Below, piece after piece: positions 8,074 through 15,194 of a stretch of 30,165 nucleotides of DNA. Source of the DNA: a virus. Numbering within the stretch: the first letter of the stretch is position 1; each line of letters begins with the position of its first letter. The stretch is taken from the IMG/VR virus record IMGVR_UViG_3300035191_000049; one strand, written 5' to 3'. A program made the position numbers and the translations under genes. The notes below the pieces were generated by a model that ran no database searches, was not told where the DNA came from, and worked only from the letters and a program-made list of their open reading frames with translations.

Positions 8074-8229
8074 ATGGGTGAGGAGTCGATTTACGAGAAG
8101 AGCGAGTGCCCGGTCTGCCATCGCATGGAGTACTGTGACTGGTTTCTTTTCGGTGAATACCGCTGCGATTCTTGCTACTTCAGCTACATCTACTCCATGT
8201 GGGACACCTGGAGATTATTGGGGTATTGA
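8074..8229 (+). CDS. small zinc-ribbon protein (51 aa)
   Basis: MGEESIYEKSECPVCHRMEYCDWFLFGEYRCDSCYF contains CxxC-x3-C and CxxC. The first ATG lies downstream of promoter-like site 2. The TTG 8014 start in the ORF track would read straight through the motif. Confidence 0.45.
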   Translation: MGEESIYEKSECPVCHRMEYCDWFLFGEYRCDSCYFSYIYSMWDTWRLLGY

Positions 8230-8486
8230 TGATGCGTCGCAAAGATGCGCCAAAGCAAAAGAAGCAGAAGAGCTACTCGCTCAAGTGGCTCGGCATGAAC
8301 TTCATGATCGATGTCTACAAGACGGACGACGAGAAGCACAAGCTCTACTGGATCTGGAAAGAAGACTCTCCGGGCGTCTACGCGCTCCGAGCGGTCATCC
8401 CTGTCGTCAGTGGCAAGCCGATTCTCTCGGCTGGCCACCTGGCCTACGGCTTCATGCTGGGAAAGCTCAAGGCGCTCCGTGGCTGA
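8229..8486 (+). CDS. hypothetical basic protein (85 aa)
   Basis: ATG 8229 overlaps the upstream TGA. The ORF-track 8172 start lies inside the previous gene. Confidence 0.5.
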   Translation: MMRRKDAPKQKKQKSYSLKWLGMNFMIDVYKTDDEKHKLYWIWKEDSPGVYALRAVIPVVSGKPILSAGHLAYGFMLGKLKALRG

Positions 8487-8778
8487 GTTCGCAAAGATCT
8501 TTTTTGCTGCGTTCATCTGGGTGCTGTTTATCGGCATCAACACTCGAATTGTGGCCCATAGAACCGATTTCCTCATTCCGGCCTTCTGGTCGATGGTCGT
8601 CGGCATCGTCTGGGTCATCGTCATCCGTGAAGTCATTTTTGCAGAGCACGTCAGGTCGCTCGCGGCCTATCCGATAGGCGCAGCCCTCGCAACCGGGCTC
8701 GTCACCAAGTTCGTTCCGTCACGGGCCAAATGGCTCAATCACGACTGCAAGGAGAAAGAAGACAATGCCAAGACTTGA
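8479..8778 (+). CDS. small membrane protein (2-3 predicted TM helices)
   Basis: Hydrophobic stretches FFAAFIWVLFIGI and FWSMVVGIVWVIVI. Start assigned to GTG 8479 and is uncertain. Confidence 0.45.
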   Translation: MAEFAKIFFAAFIWVLFIGINTRIVAHRTDFLIPAFWSMVVGIVWVIVIREVIFAEHVRSLAAYPIGAALATGLVTKFVPSRAKWLNHDCKEKEDNAKT

Positions 8779-9013
8779 TGATCAGATCCCCGTCACCAAG
8801 GGTGCGGCTCAGGGTCGACTCGCAAAGGCGCTTCGCGCGTATTTCGAGGAGGAGCAGGTCGAGGTTGTCGACGTCAGGGTGCGTGCGATCGATGTCGATG
8901 TGACCGTGTGGATCGAGAATCACGGCGAGGACACGACGTTCAACGTCCGCCTCCCCAACGAGGACGAAGAGGGGACCTGCGCGCTCATTGTCGAACGGAA
9001 ATACGGGGACTGA
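8765..9013 (+). CDS. hypothetical protein (82 aa)
   Basis: AAGGAG SD upstream of ATG 8765. GC3-rich. Confidence 0.55.
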   Translation: MPRLDDQIPVTKGAAQGRLAKALRAYFEEEQVEVVDVRVRAIDVDVTVWIENHGEDTTFNVRLPNEDEEGTCALIVERKYGD

Positions 9014-9016
9014 GCC

Positions 9017-9430
9017 ATGGGAATCCCCACGCTCCCTAAAAGAGAGGTCCCCGAGGTCGGCTACCGCGAGATCCGCGACTGGGTCATTAATCATCTTGGG
9101 GACGAATTGGACGGTGAGAAGACGACGAGCGAGATCGTCATTGAACTCCTTAAGAATGCTGTGACCTACCGTGACGACCGCGACATGTGGAAGGCCCGAA
9201 CCCGAATGATGCAAGAGGAGCAGGCCGACGTCATGGAGCACTATTTCAACCTCTTCAGCCCGCTCGACACCGAGAAGGCGCACGAGGCGCTGAGACGGGC
9301 CGACGAGCTGCTCAACAAGTACGACCCAGACCGTCGGGAGAAAGCTCTCGCCAAGCTAAGGTCACTGCCATCGTTTCCTGACTCGCTCTTGGCGGCGTCG
9401 GGGTTCCCGGATGAGGAGAACAAACCATGA
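9017..9430 (+). CDS. hypothetical protein (137 aa)
   Basis: ORF with GC3 bias, packed tightly against neighbours. Confidence 0.6.
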   Translation: MGIPTLPKREVPEVGYREIRDWVINHLGDELDGEKTTSEIVIELLKNAVTYRDDRDMWKARTRMMQEEQADVMEHYFNLFSPLDTEKAHEALRRADELLNKYDPDRREKALAKLRSLPSFPDSLLAASGFPDEENKP

Positions 9431-9750
9431 GCTTCACAATAGACGAAGGCGTCTTCGGTCTCCTCCAGGACGCGGTAAAAGACCCCAGGGGCGAGCGAGA
9501 CAAAGAGCACACCTTCACGCTCAGGGGAGATCTTTGCTCTATGTCAGCACAGAAGGAGCTTCTGCGGCGGCGAGGCTTTGACGTGGGGCAAAGCAACGTG
9601 TACCCATGCCTGAAGGAGAAGGACGTTGACGCGGCGCTCAAGGTCATCTGGGAGATGCGCTGCAAAGGCTGGTGGCACTACCGCAAGGAAATGGTGAAGT
9701 TCAATATCTGCTCTGAAGAGGCGTGGGTCGAAGCGCTGAACCAGGAGTAA
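9427..9750 (+). CDS. hypothetical protein (107 aa)
   Basis: ATGA overlap with the upstream gene. Confidence 0.6.
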   Translation: MSFTIDEGVFGLLQDAVKDPRGERDKEHTFTLRGDLCSMSAQKELLRRRGFDVGQSNVYPCLKEKDVDAALKVIWEMRCKGWWHYRKEMVKFNICSEEAWVEALNQE

Positions 9751-9752
9751 CC

Positions 9753-10292
9753 ATGGGACTCGATCTCAAGTTCACAGACACGCTGGTGAAGCTCGAATGC
9801 GCCGAGGGTGACCTTGGCAAATTCTGCGAACGAGAAGACCACGAATGCCTCTACAACATCATGGAGTCGATCAATCGTGGTAAAGGGCTCCCCGAGCCCA
9901 TCGTTATGGCTCGCAACCTGAACCACATTCTTCTCTATGGTTGTTTCGACACTCGTTACTTTCGCAGAGCACCCATCGGGGCCTACGCGCTCTATGGCGA
10001 GTTCCGAAACCAGCTCGCCAGGCTCGTTCACGACGTTGAAGCAATCGAGTCGCTCTGGGACGATCCGGACCAGTACGCCGAGTCGACCTTCGCCGGAATA
10101 CTTTTCTTTGGGGACAACGAAGGATGTATCGGCCCCGAGTGGTCGCAGCGCCTCGCCACAGACTTTGCGAACTGGAGATACCGCGTCGTCGAGCATTCCG
10201 CAAAGACGGGGCCATGGTTTCTCTCAACCTATACAAAACTGTATGCTGCGTTCGAGACAGCAGCCCAAGGAGGCTGCGTCAAGTTCTGCTGA
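9753..10292 (+). CDS. hypothetical protein (179 aa)
   Basis: ATG 9753 lies 2 nt after the upstream TAA. The ORF-track start 9723 overlaps the previous gene. Confidence 0.6.
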   Translation: MGLDLKFTDTLVKLECAEGDLGKFCEREDHECLYNIMESINRGKGLPEPIVMARNLNHILLYGCFDTRYFRRAPIGAYALYGEFRNQLARLVHDVEAIESLWDDPDQYAESTFAGILFFGDNEGCIGPEWSQRLATDFANWRYRVVEHSAKTGPWFLSTYTKLYAAFETAAQGGCVKFC

Positions 10293-10315
10293 GAGTAAAG
10301 AAAGGAAGGCACGAC

Positions 10316-10555
10316 ATGGGTTGGATTCTGTTTATCGACGAGAAGGGGGCACACTGCGCATGGCCCGACGCGATCACGCGGATGAGCCCGATCGCCGATG
10401 GTGACGGCATCGTGCTCGAAGCTGGCACCAAGTCGAGCACCCCACAAGAAACACCACAACACACCAACGACTTCGAGCAGGCCGTGATGTGGGTCGAAGA
10501 GGACGTTGAGGGGATGGACGAGGAAGGACCACCTGAGGAAGACGACGAAGTGTAG
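10316..10555 (+). CDS. hypothetical acidic protein (79 aa)
   Basis: ATG 10316 preceded by AAGGAAGG SD. Acidic C-terminus EEDVEGMDEEGPPEEDDEV. The ORF-track 10124 start is a frame extension. Confidence 0.5.
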   Translation: MGWILFIDEKGAHCAWPDAITRMSPIADGDGIVLEAGTKSSTPQETPQHTNDFEQAVMWVEEDVEGMDEEGPPEEDDEV

Positions 10556-10557
10556 CG

Positions 10558-10905
10558 ATGGTCCAGTGGGACTACAAGACGACCAAGCGGCAGAACCTCC
10601 ATCTTTGTTCTGCGTTGACGTGGGTGGAAGACATTTCTGTCGAATGGGACGGTCAAGAGGGGCTTTGCAAAATCGAAGCAGACCTCGACTACCGTTTCGC
10701 TGATGTCCGGATTGTTCTGATTCGCGACGGCAACCACTCTATCCTCAGTGATCGCCTTAGCCTTGGGTCCAAGAAAGAATTTCGTGACCAGCTCGAAATG
10801 AAGAAGGGTGACATCGTCGCCATCCATTGGCGAGCGTTCAATAAGAGCCAATGTGCTCAGTCGGAGATGGCTCGTCTTCGCGTCGAGGAAGTCGAAGGAC
10901 ATTGA
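10558..10905 (+). CDS. hypothetical protein (115 aa)
   Basis: ATG lies 2 nt after the upstream TAG. GC3 bias. Confidence 0.6.
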   Translation: MVQWDYKTTKRQNLHLCSALTWVEDISVEWDGQEGLCKIEADLDYRFADVRIVLIRDGNHSILSDRLSLGSKKEFRDQLEMKKGDIVAIHWRAFNKSQCAQSEMARLRVEEVEGH

Positions 10906-10961
10906 AACGTTCTTTCTCAGTCCTATTTCTCCTCATCTCGGCCCGCGGGAGGTGAGCCCCC

Positions 10962-11231
10962 ATGCCCGATGAGAACAAGCTCAAGATACTTGCCGACCAC
11001 GAGGTCCGAATCGTCGAGAGCTGCGTCACCTGCAAGCACTCCAGCTTCAAATTCGCCTGGTGGGGCATCTGCAAGAACTGGAGTTACCTCCACGCCAAGC
11101 ATATGGATGCTCGATTCAAGCCGGCTCACGTGGCCTTCGTCTGCAAATACTACATCGAGGATCCAGAGGTCGAGACCAAGACGGGTCTCGGAAAGTACTT
11201 TGTCATCATCCGTTCGTGGATGGGATTATGA
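10962..11231 (+). CDS. hypothetical Cys-containing protein (89 aa)
   Basis: GGGAGGTGA SD upstream. Contains CVTC-x12-C-x17-C. Confidence 0.6.
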   Translation: MPDENKLKILADHEVRIVESCVTCKHSSFKFAWWGICKNWSYLHAKHMDARFKPAHVAFVCKYYIEDPEVETKTGLGKYFVIIRSWMGL

Positions 11232-11710
11232 AACGCACTTGCATCAAATGCAGAGGCACTGGCTATGCGCCGATGATCATTGGCCGGCAGGAATACTACG
11301 AGTTTCATCGCTCGCAGATGATGGAGTACCTGGAACAGTGGCATGACTTCTCGGAGCGAGAAGAAGGCCCTGGAGACGTCAACCCTTGGGGGTGCTGGTA
11401 TCTGACCGAAGAGGGCCGTTCTTGCATGCAGATGCGGATCTGCCGCTTCTGTGGAGGCACTGGCTACTACCCGATGGGGCCTTGTCCACAGACGCAGCAG
11501 CGCGCCTGGGAGCTACTCCTCGATTGGACACCCGAGCAAGCGCTTCAGCGCGTCTTGGAATTGGGCCGCATTGTCGACAGAGAGGAGGGCATCGAGGACG
11601 ATGACACCGTCGTCCTGAGGATGGACGAAATTCGCACCATTCACAACGTATTACTCCTGTGTGTCAACATCATAGATTCACTAAACCGAGAGAGGGAGAG
11701 ACAACAATGA
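11228..11710 (+). CDS. protein with two DnaJ-type CxxCxGxG zinc-finger motifs (160 aa)
   Basis: CIKCRGTGY and CRFCGGTGYYPMGPC. ATGA overlap at 11228. The ORF-track 11060 start is a frame extension. Confidence 0.6.
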   Translation: MKRTCIKCRGTGYAPMIIGRQEYYEFHRSQMMEYLEQWHDFSEREEGPGDVNPWGCWYLTEEGRSCMQMRICRFCGGTGYYPMGPCPQTQQRAWELLLDWTPEQALQRVLELGRIVDREEGIEDDDTVVLRMDEIRTIHNVLLLCVNIIDSLNRERERQQ

Positions 11711-12018
11711 AAGCAGAATCAAAAGAAACCGTCGAGCTTACAAGATCTGAGATGGTGCAGGTTGCATGTGCGCTGGACTTCATTGATCTTGCCACGGGTC
11801 ATGCGCCGAGCAATCTATACGATTTCTTGGAGAGGGTATACACGTCGCCCCATGATTTCAGTGACCTAAAGAACAAGCTTATGGCTGCTGCTGGAGTTGG
11901 CGAGTGCCACTGCTGCTGTGAAATAACGAAGCCTCCCCTTTTTGATGAAAACGGCAACGCACCCGACGACTGCGCTGAATGCCCGTTTGCTGATTCAAGA
12001 GTCGGGAAGCTTCCATAG
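11707..12018 (+). CDS. hypothetical Cys-rich protein (103 aa)
   Basis: ATGA overlap. GGGAGAG SD. C-terminal ECHCCCE and CAECPF. Confidence 0.55.
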   Translation: MKAESKETVELTRSEMVQVACALDFIDLATGHAPSNLYDFLERVYTSPHDFSDLKNKLMAAAGVGECHCCCEITKPPLFDENGNAPDDCAECPFADSRVGKLP

Positions 12019-12501
12019 ATGGGCTATCGAACCACCAAAATCGAAACCCCCATGCTCGTCAAACGCTGGTGGGCTCGGCCCGTCTGCTGGTTTATCGGTC
12101 ACAAGTGGTATGTGCTCGGCATCAACATGGGGAAGAACGCCGGGCTCTCGCACCTCCATCCAGACGCCGGCATCGACAAGTTCTGCACCCGTTGCGGAGC
12201 CGAATGGTACGACGGCAAAATGGTGACCGATGGCTTCCAACGCGCGCCTCGCGACAAAGAACCCATCCCCCCGAAGAAGAAGCTGAAGAAGCCGGTTATC
12301 AAGAAGCCGAAGCGTCCGAAGCGTCCAAAGCGTCCGAAGCCACCGACGAGCCCATGGAGGATGAAGATGCGTCCGAAGACGAGCCCATGGAGGATGAAGA
12401 TGCCTCCGAAGCCGCCTATGCCGAAGATGCCAAAGATGCCGAAAATGTCTGACTTTGGTGGCGGCATCTTTGACTCCACCATATTCGACAAGGACGATTA
12501 G
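12019..12501 (+). CDS. basic K/P-rich repeat protein (160 aa) with N-terminal CxxC domain
   Basis: ATG follows the upstream TAG directly. The C-terminal half is encoded by DNA tandem repeats (PKRPKRPKRPK, 2x TSPWRMKM, 3x PKM). GC3 analysis favours this frame over the acidic overlapping frame 12069-12452. Confidence 0.55.
   Translation: MGYRTTKIETPMLVKRWWARPVCWFIGHKWYVLGINMGKNAGLSHLHPDAGIDKFCTRCGAEWYDGKMVTDGFQRAPRDKEPIPPKKKLKKPVIKKPKRPKRPKRPKPPTSPWRMKMRPKTSPWRMKMPPKPPMPKMPKMPKMSDFGGGIFDSTIFDKDD
12307..12449 (+). repeat. in-frame tandem repeats (4 x 9 bp CCGAAGCGT-like; 2 x 33 bp GACGAGCCCATGGAGGATGAAGATGCGTCCGAA; 3 x 9 bp ATGCCGAAG)
   Basis: Direct repeats are visible in the sequence. The repeat unit boundaries are approximate. 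Confidence 0.7.
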
Positions 12502-12503
12502 CC

Positions 12504-13001
12504 ATGACGACGGAAAAAGAAAAGAACAGCGACATCGCGATGCCTGAAAGAATCTTTCAGCGCACCGTCTCCATCTTGACAAACGAACGCATCACAACCG
12601 TTACGTCGTCCTCTGACCAGGGGGGATCGTCCGGAGGATACTTCGGTGGCTCCATGCTCTTTACCAATCCCCAGATCGTCAAGAACGCACATGACGCCGT
12701 CTCCTACCTTCGGACATACCTGACAGGAGACCTCTCCGCGCTTCCTGAGACTCGCTCTATCGATCGCGACGAGATGATCGGCGAGAAAGAGACGGCGCGG
12801 GGAGTATCGATACGCACCGGGAGAAACGGCTACATCGTCGAGCCCCACTTCAACAACGGACATGGCTGGATCAAGTCGATAGGAGACGAGGTCGTCTTCA
12901 CCGATCTGACCGATATGCTCAAGTTCTGTATGGACCACCTCGAAGGCAAGCCAGGAACCGCCTGGTGGGACTGGGAGGGCGAGAAGATATGGACAAAGTA
13001 A
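12504..13001 (+). CDS. hypothetical protein (165 aa)
   Basis: GC3-rich ORF. G/S-rich linker SSDQGGSSGGYFGGS. Confidence 0.6.
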   Translation: MTTEKEKNSDIAMPERIFQRTVSILTNERITTVTSSSDQGGSSGGYFGGSMLFTNPQIVKNAHDAVSYLRTYLTGDLSALPETRSIDRDEMIGEKETARGVSIRTGRNGYIVEPHFNNGHGWIKSIGDEVVFTDLTDMLKFCMDHLEGKPGTAWWDWEGEKIWTK

Positions 13002-13615
13002 AAGTCGGCGTAGCAGCCATCATCGAGCGCGACGGCAAGATCCTCATGGGCCAGAGGAAAAACTCACACGGGGCCGGCCGCTGGTCCTTTCCAGGTGGAC
13101 ACATCGAGCCCGGTGAGACGCCAGAGCAGGCCTGCGAGCGCGAGGCAATGGAGGAGACGGGACTGCGGTTGCTCAACATTCGCCGTGGCCCATGGACCAA
13201 CGATATCTTTCTTGCAGAGAAGAAGCACTACATCACCCTGTTCCTCTTTGCCGATGCAGAAGGCACGCCTGCGCTTCGAGAACCTGATAAGTGCGCAAAA
13301 TGGCTCTGGGTTGAAAAGGACAACATTCCATTTCCCCAGTTTCTCCCCGTTTTCAATCTGATGAAGGAACACCCTGACATCCTTGGAAAGCAGCCGGATG
13401 GTGTCTCCGACGACGCAGGTGTCCCCGTTGAGATCCAAAGGGGGCTCCAGTCCAATGCCGATAAGCTCGATGCGATGGGCGGGACCTGTCCGGAGTGCCA
13501 GATCACCGCGGACATGTTCCGATACCTTCCCGTCGCCAACTACTTCAACCTCGGCACCAGATGCACGGGGACATGCAAGACATGCGGCATAGGCCCATGG
13601 GAGGAAATACTGTGA
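12989..13615 (+). CDS. NUDIX hydrolase with C-terminal Cys4 zinc-ribbon-like extension
   Basis: Perfect Nudix box GGHIEPGETPEQACEREAMEETGL (G-x5-E-x7-REUxEExGU). C-terminus has CPEC...CTGTCKTC. Start ATG 12989; GTG 12965 is also possible. Confidence 0.8.
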   Translation: MDKVKVGVAAIIERDGKILMGQRKNSHGAGRWSFPGGHIEPGETPEQACEREAMEETGLRLLNIRRGPWTNDIFLAEKKHYITLFLFADAEGTPALREPDKCAKWLWVEKDNIPFPQFLPVFNLMKEHPDILGKQPDGVSDDAGVPVEIQRGLQSNADKLDAMGGTCPECQITADMFRYLPVANYFNLGTRCTGTCKTCGIGPWEEIL

Positions 13616-14442
13616 GCGAGACAGAAAAACCACGCATTCAAGAGATGATCGCAGTCCATCTCATCAGCGACAAGGAGGGGAGCCCGGCTCATGGCTGGGT
13701 TCATACCCATGGGCTCGACAAGTTCGGGCTCCCCGAGCTGGAGATTCGCGGGCTCCAGACGTTTCTCTACGGGATGGCTGGCAGCATCCTTAATCAGGTC
13801 GGCGAGTACATGATCGAGCTGAAAGAGGAGGGGCGAGCCATCAATCTCGGTGAGTCCATGCAGCTCGGAGACAAGTTCTGCATCTTTCAGTTCGCCAAGC
13901 TCCCTCCTATCGAAGGTCATGAGCACCACTACGAAGTCGAGCGCTGGTGTCTCGTCGAGCCCCCTGGAGCGCACGATTTCTGCGAAGGCTGCAAGACAGG
14001 ACCACTCTCCTATGAGCACGGGGAGGAAGCCTGTGACTGCGGGCAGTGCGGCTGCAACCACGGGGTCGACGAAGAGCAGAAGATGGAGGTCGAGTTTCTC
14101 GACGCGGTGGGTGAAAAAATACCCTACCACGCCATGGAGGCGATTGCTGCCTGGACGCTAGCCGACCCCCAGGCTGCCTTCGCAATGCTTATCGATCGAC
14201 TCGATGAGAAGGGAATGGCTACCATCGAAGTGGTCAGCGATGAAGAGAAGTACGTGAGACTCACCGATCGCGTCAAAGAGGCCATCGAAGCCGGTAAGTC
14301 CTCTGACCTCATCGATGAGATCCTCGACGGCTGGAAGCACCAGAAGCATGTCGAGGCGATCCAGGGCGAGGAGTTCTGCGAAATGCCCGTCTCTGGGCGC
14401 GTTGCCAAGCTCGTCGAGCTGTTCGGCGAGACTCCGTTATAA
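13612..14442 (+). CDS. hypothetical Cys/His-rich protein (276 aa)
   Basis: GTG 13612 overlaps the upstream TGA. Motif HGWVHTHGLDKFGLPELEIRG is loosely reminiscent of SUFU-like domains, from memory and unverified. Cys cluster CEGCKTG...CDCGQCGCNHG. Confidence 0.55.
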   Translation: MSETEKPRIQEMIAVHLISDKEGSPAHGWVHTHGLDKFGLPELEIRGLQTFLYGMAGSILNQVGEYMIELKEEGRAINLGESMQLGDKFCIFQFAKLPPIEGHEHHYEVERWCLVEPPGAHDFCEGCKTGPLSYEHGEEACDCGQCGCNHGVDEEQKMEVEFLDAVGEKIPYHAMEAIAAWTLADPQAAFAMLIDRLDEKGMATIEVVSDEEKYVRLTDRVKEAIEAGKSSDLIDEILDGWKHQKHVEAIQGEEFCEMPVSGRVAKLVELFGETPL

Positions 14443-14488
14443 TCCATCCTCAGGACTATTCATCTCCGCAAGACCTCGACCTTTTTTC

Positions 14489-14515
14489 TGGACACCGCTG
14501 TGTAGCACATGCTAC
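14489..14515 (+). promoter_or_regulatory. promoter/operator-like site 3: CTTTTTTC-TGGACA-CCGCTGT-GTAGCACATGCTAC followed by TTTTGG
   Basis: Sits in the 107-nt intergenic gap 14443-14549. T6 tract directly upstream of the -35-like TGGACA. Confidence 0.55.
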
Positions 14516-14549
14516 TTTTGGTACCGCACAAAGTCAAAGGTACGGCCCC

Positions 14550-14897
14550 ATGACTCACAGAACCAAAGCAATCGGGTGGGGGATACCCACCGCGCTCATG
14601 TTTGCCTTCTGGATCAACTTCATTTTCACCGCTCCAGGCTGCGAGGACCCGCCGTCGACGACCTGTAACAATATTTGCGACAGCGCGAAGCCGGCAGAGT
14701 GCTCTGGAGGAGGGCAGATTCTCAGCGTCAACGAGTCTGGTGAGGAGGAACCGCTCGGGACCGAGTCCTACTGGATGTGTGTTTGTCGCGGTGAGGACAA
14801 CAGGGCTATTCAGTTTCTCTCGAAGCGCGTCCGGTGCGCGATGCCCCGTGAGTCTGTGGCTTACGGAGAAGGCGAGGCTGGATACAGCGACGACTAG
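14550..14897 (+). CDS. Cys-rich protein with N-terminal hydrophobic segment (secreted/membrane?) (115 aa)
   Basis: N-terminus IGWGIPTALMFAFWINFIFTAPGC followed by 8 Cys. First gene after promoter-like site 3. Confidence 0.55.
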   Translation: MTHRTKAIGWGIPTALMFAFWINFIFTAPGCEDPPSTTCNNICDSAKPAECSGGGQILSVNESGEEEPLGTESYWMCVCRGEDNRAIQFLSKRVRCAMPRESVAYGEGEAGYSDD

Positions 14898-14906
14898 GGG
14901 GGATCA

Positions 14907-15194
14907 ATGTCGCTCGGCGAAGCAAAGATGGCAGCGCTCTGCGCGCTCAAAAACTGTGGCGAACAGGATGGTCGATTTCAGACCTATGGACACCTCGCTG
15001 GCTGGGTCGTTGACGAGTTCGATTACAAGGATCGACTTGTGTCCGAATTTCTCAACTGGTGTGTATGGCGCAAGATTACGAAGCCCACACGGTTCGACCG
15101 TCCTGACGATGGAAAACGTGTGAGCGGTTACGAGATCGATTTTCAGCAGATCGAACGAGCGCTCGAATTTCTGGAGGCGAAAGCACATGCCTAA
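14907..15194 (+). CDS. hypothetical protein (95 aa)
   Basis: G-rich SD then ATG 14907. GC3 bias. Confidence 0.55.
   Translation: MSLGEAKMAALCALKNCGEQDGRFQTYGHLAGWVVDEFDYKDRLVSEFLNWCVWRKITKPTRFDRPDDGKRVSGYEIDFQQIERALEFLEAKAHA

Noticed and set aside
10942-10949. CCCGCGGG palindrome in the 10906-10961 gap as a terminator
   Set aside because: It is an 8-bp palindrome with no loop and no T-tract, so it is not a credible intrinsic terminator. It sits within the SD region of the next gene.
11097-11111. Partial match AAGCATATGGATGCT to the palindrome inside gene 10962-11231
   Set aside because: Only one half-site matches and it lies inside coding sequence. Chance occurrence is likely.
12069-12452. 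Acidic repeat protein in the alternative frame over the tandem-repeat region
   Set aside because: Third codon positions are A/T-rich in that frame. The overlapping basic frame (12019-12501) has the genome-typical G/C third positions, and its ATG directly follows the upstream gene.
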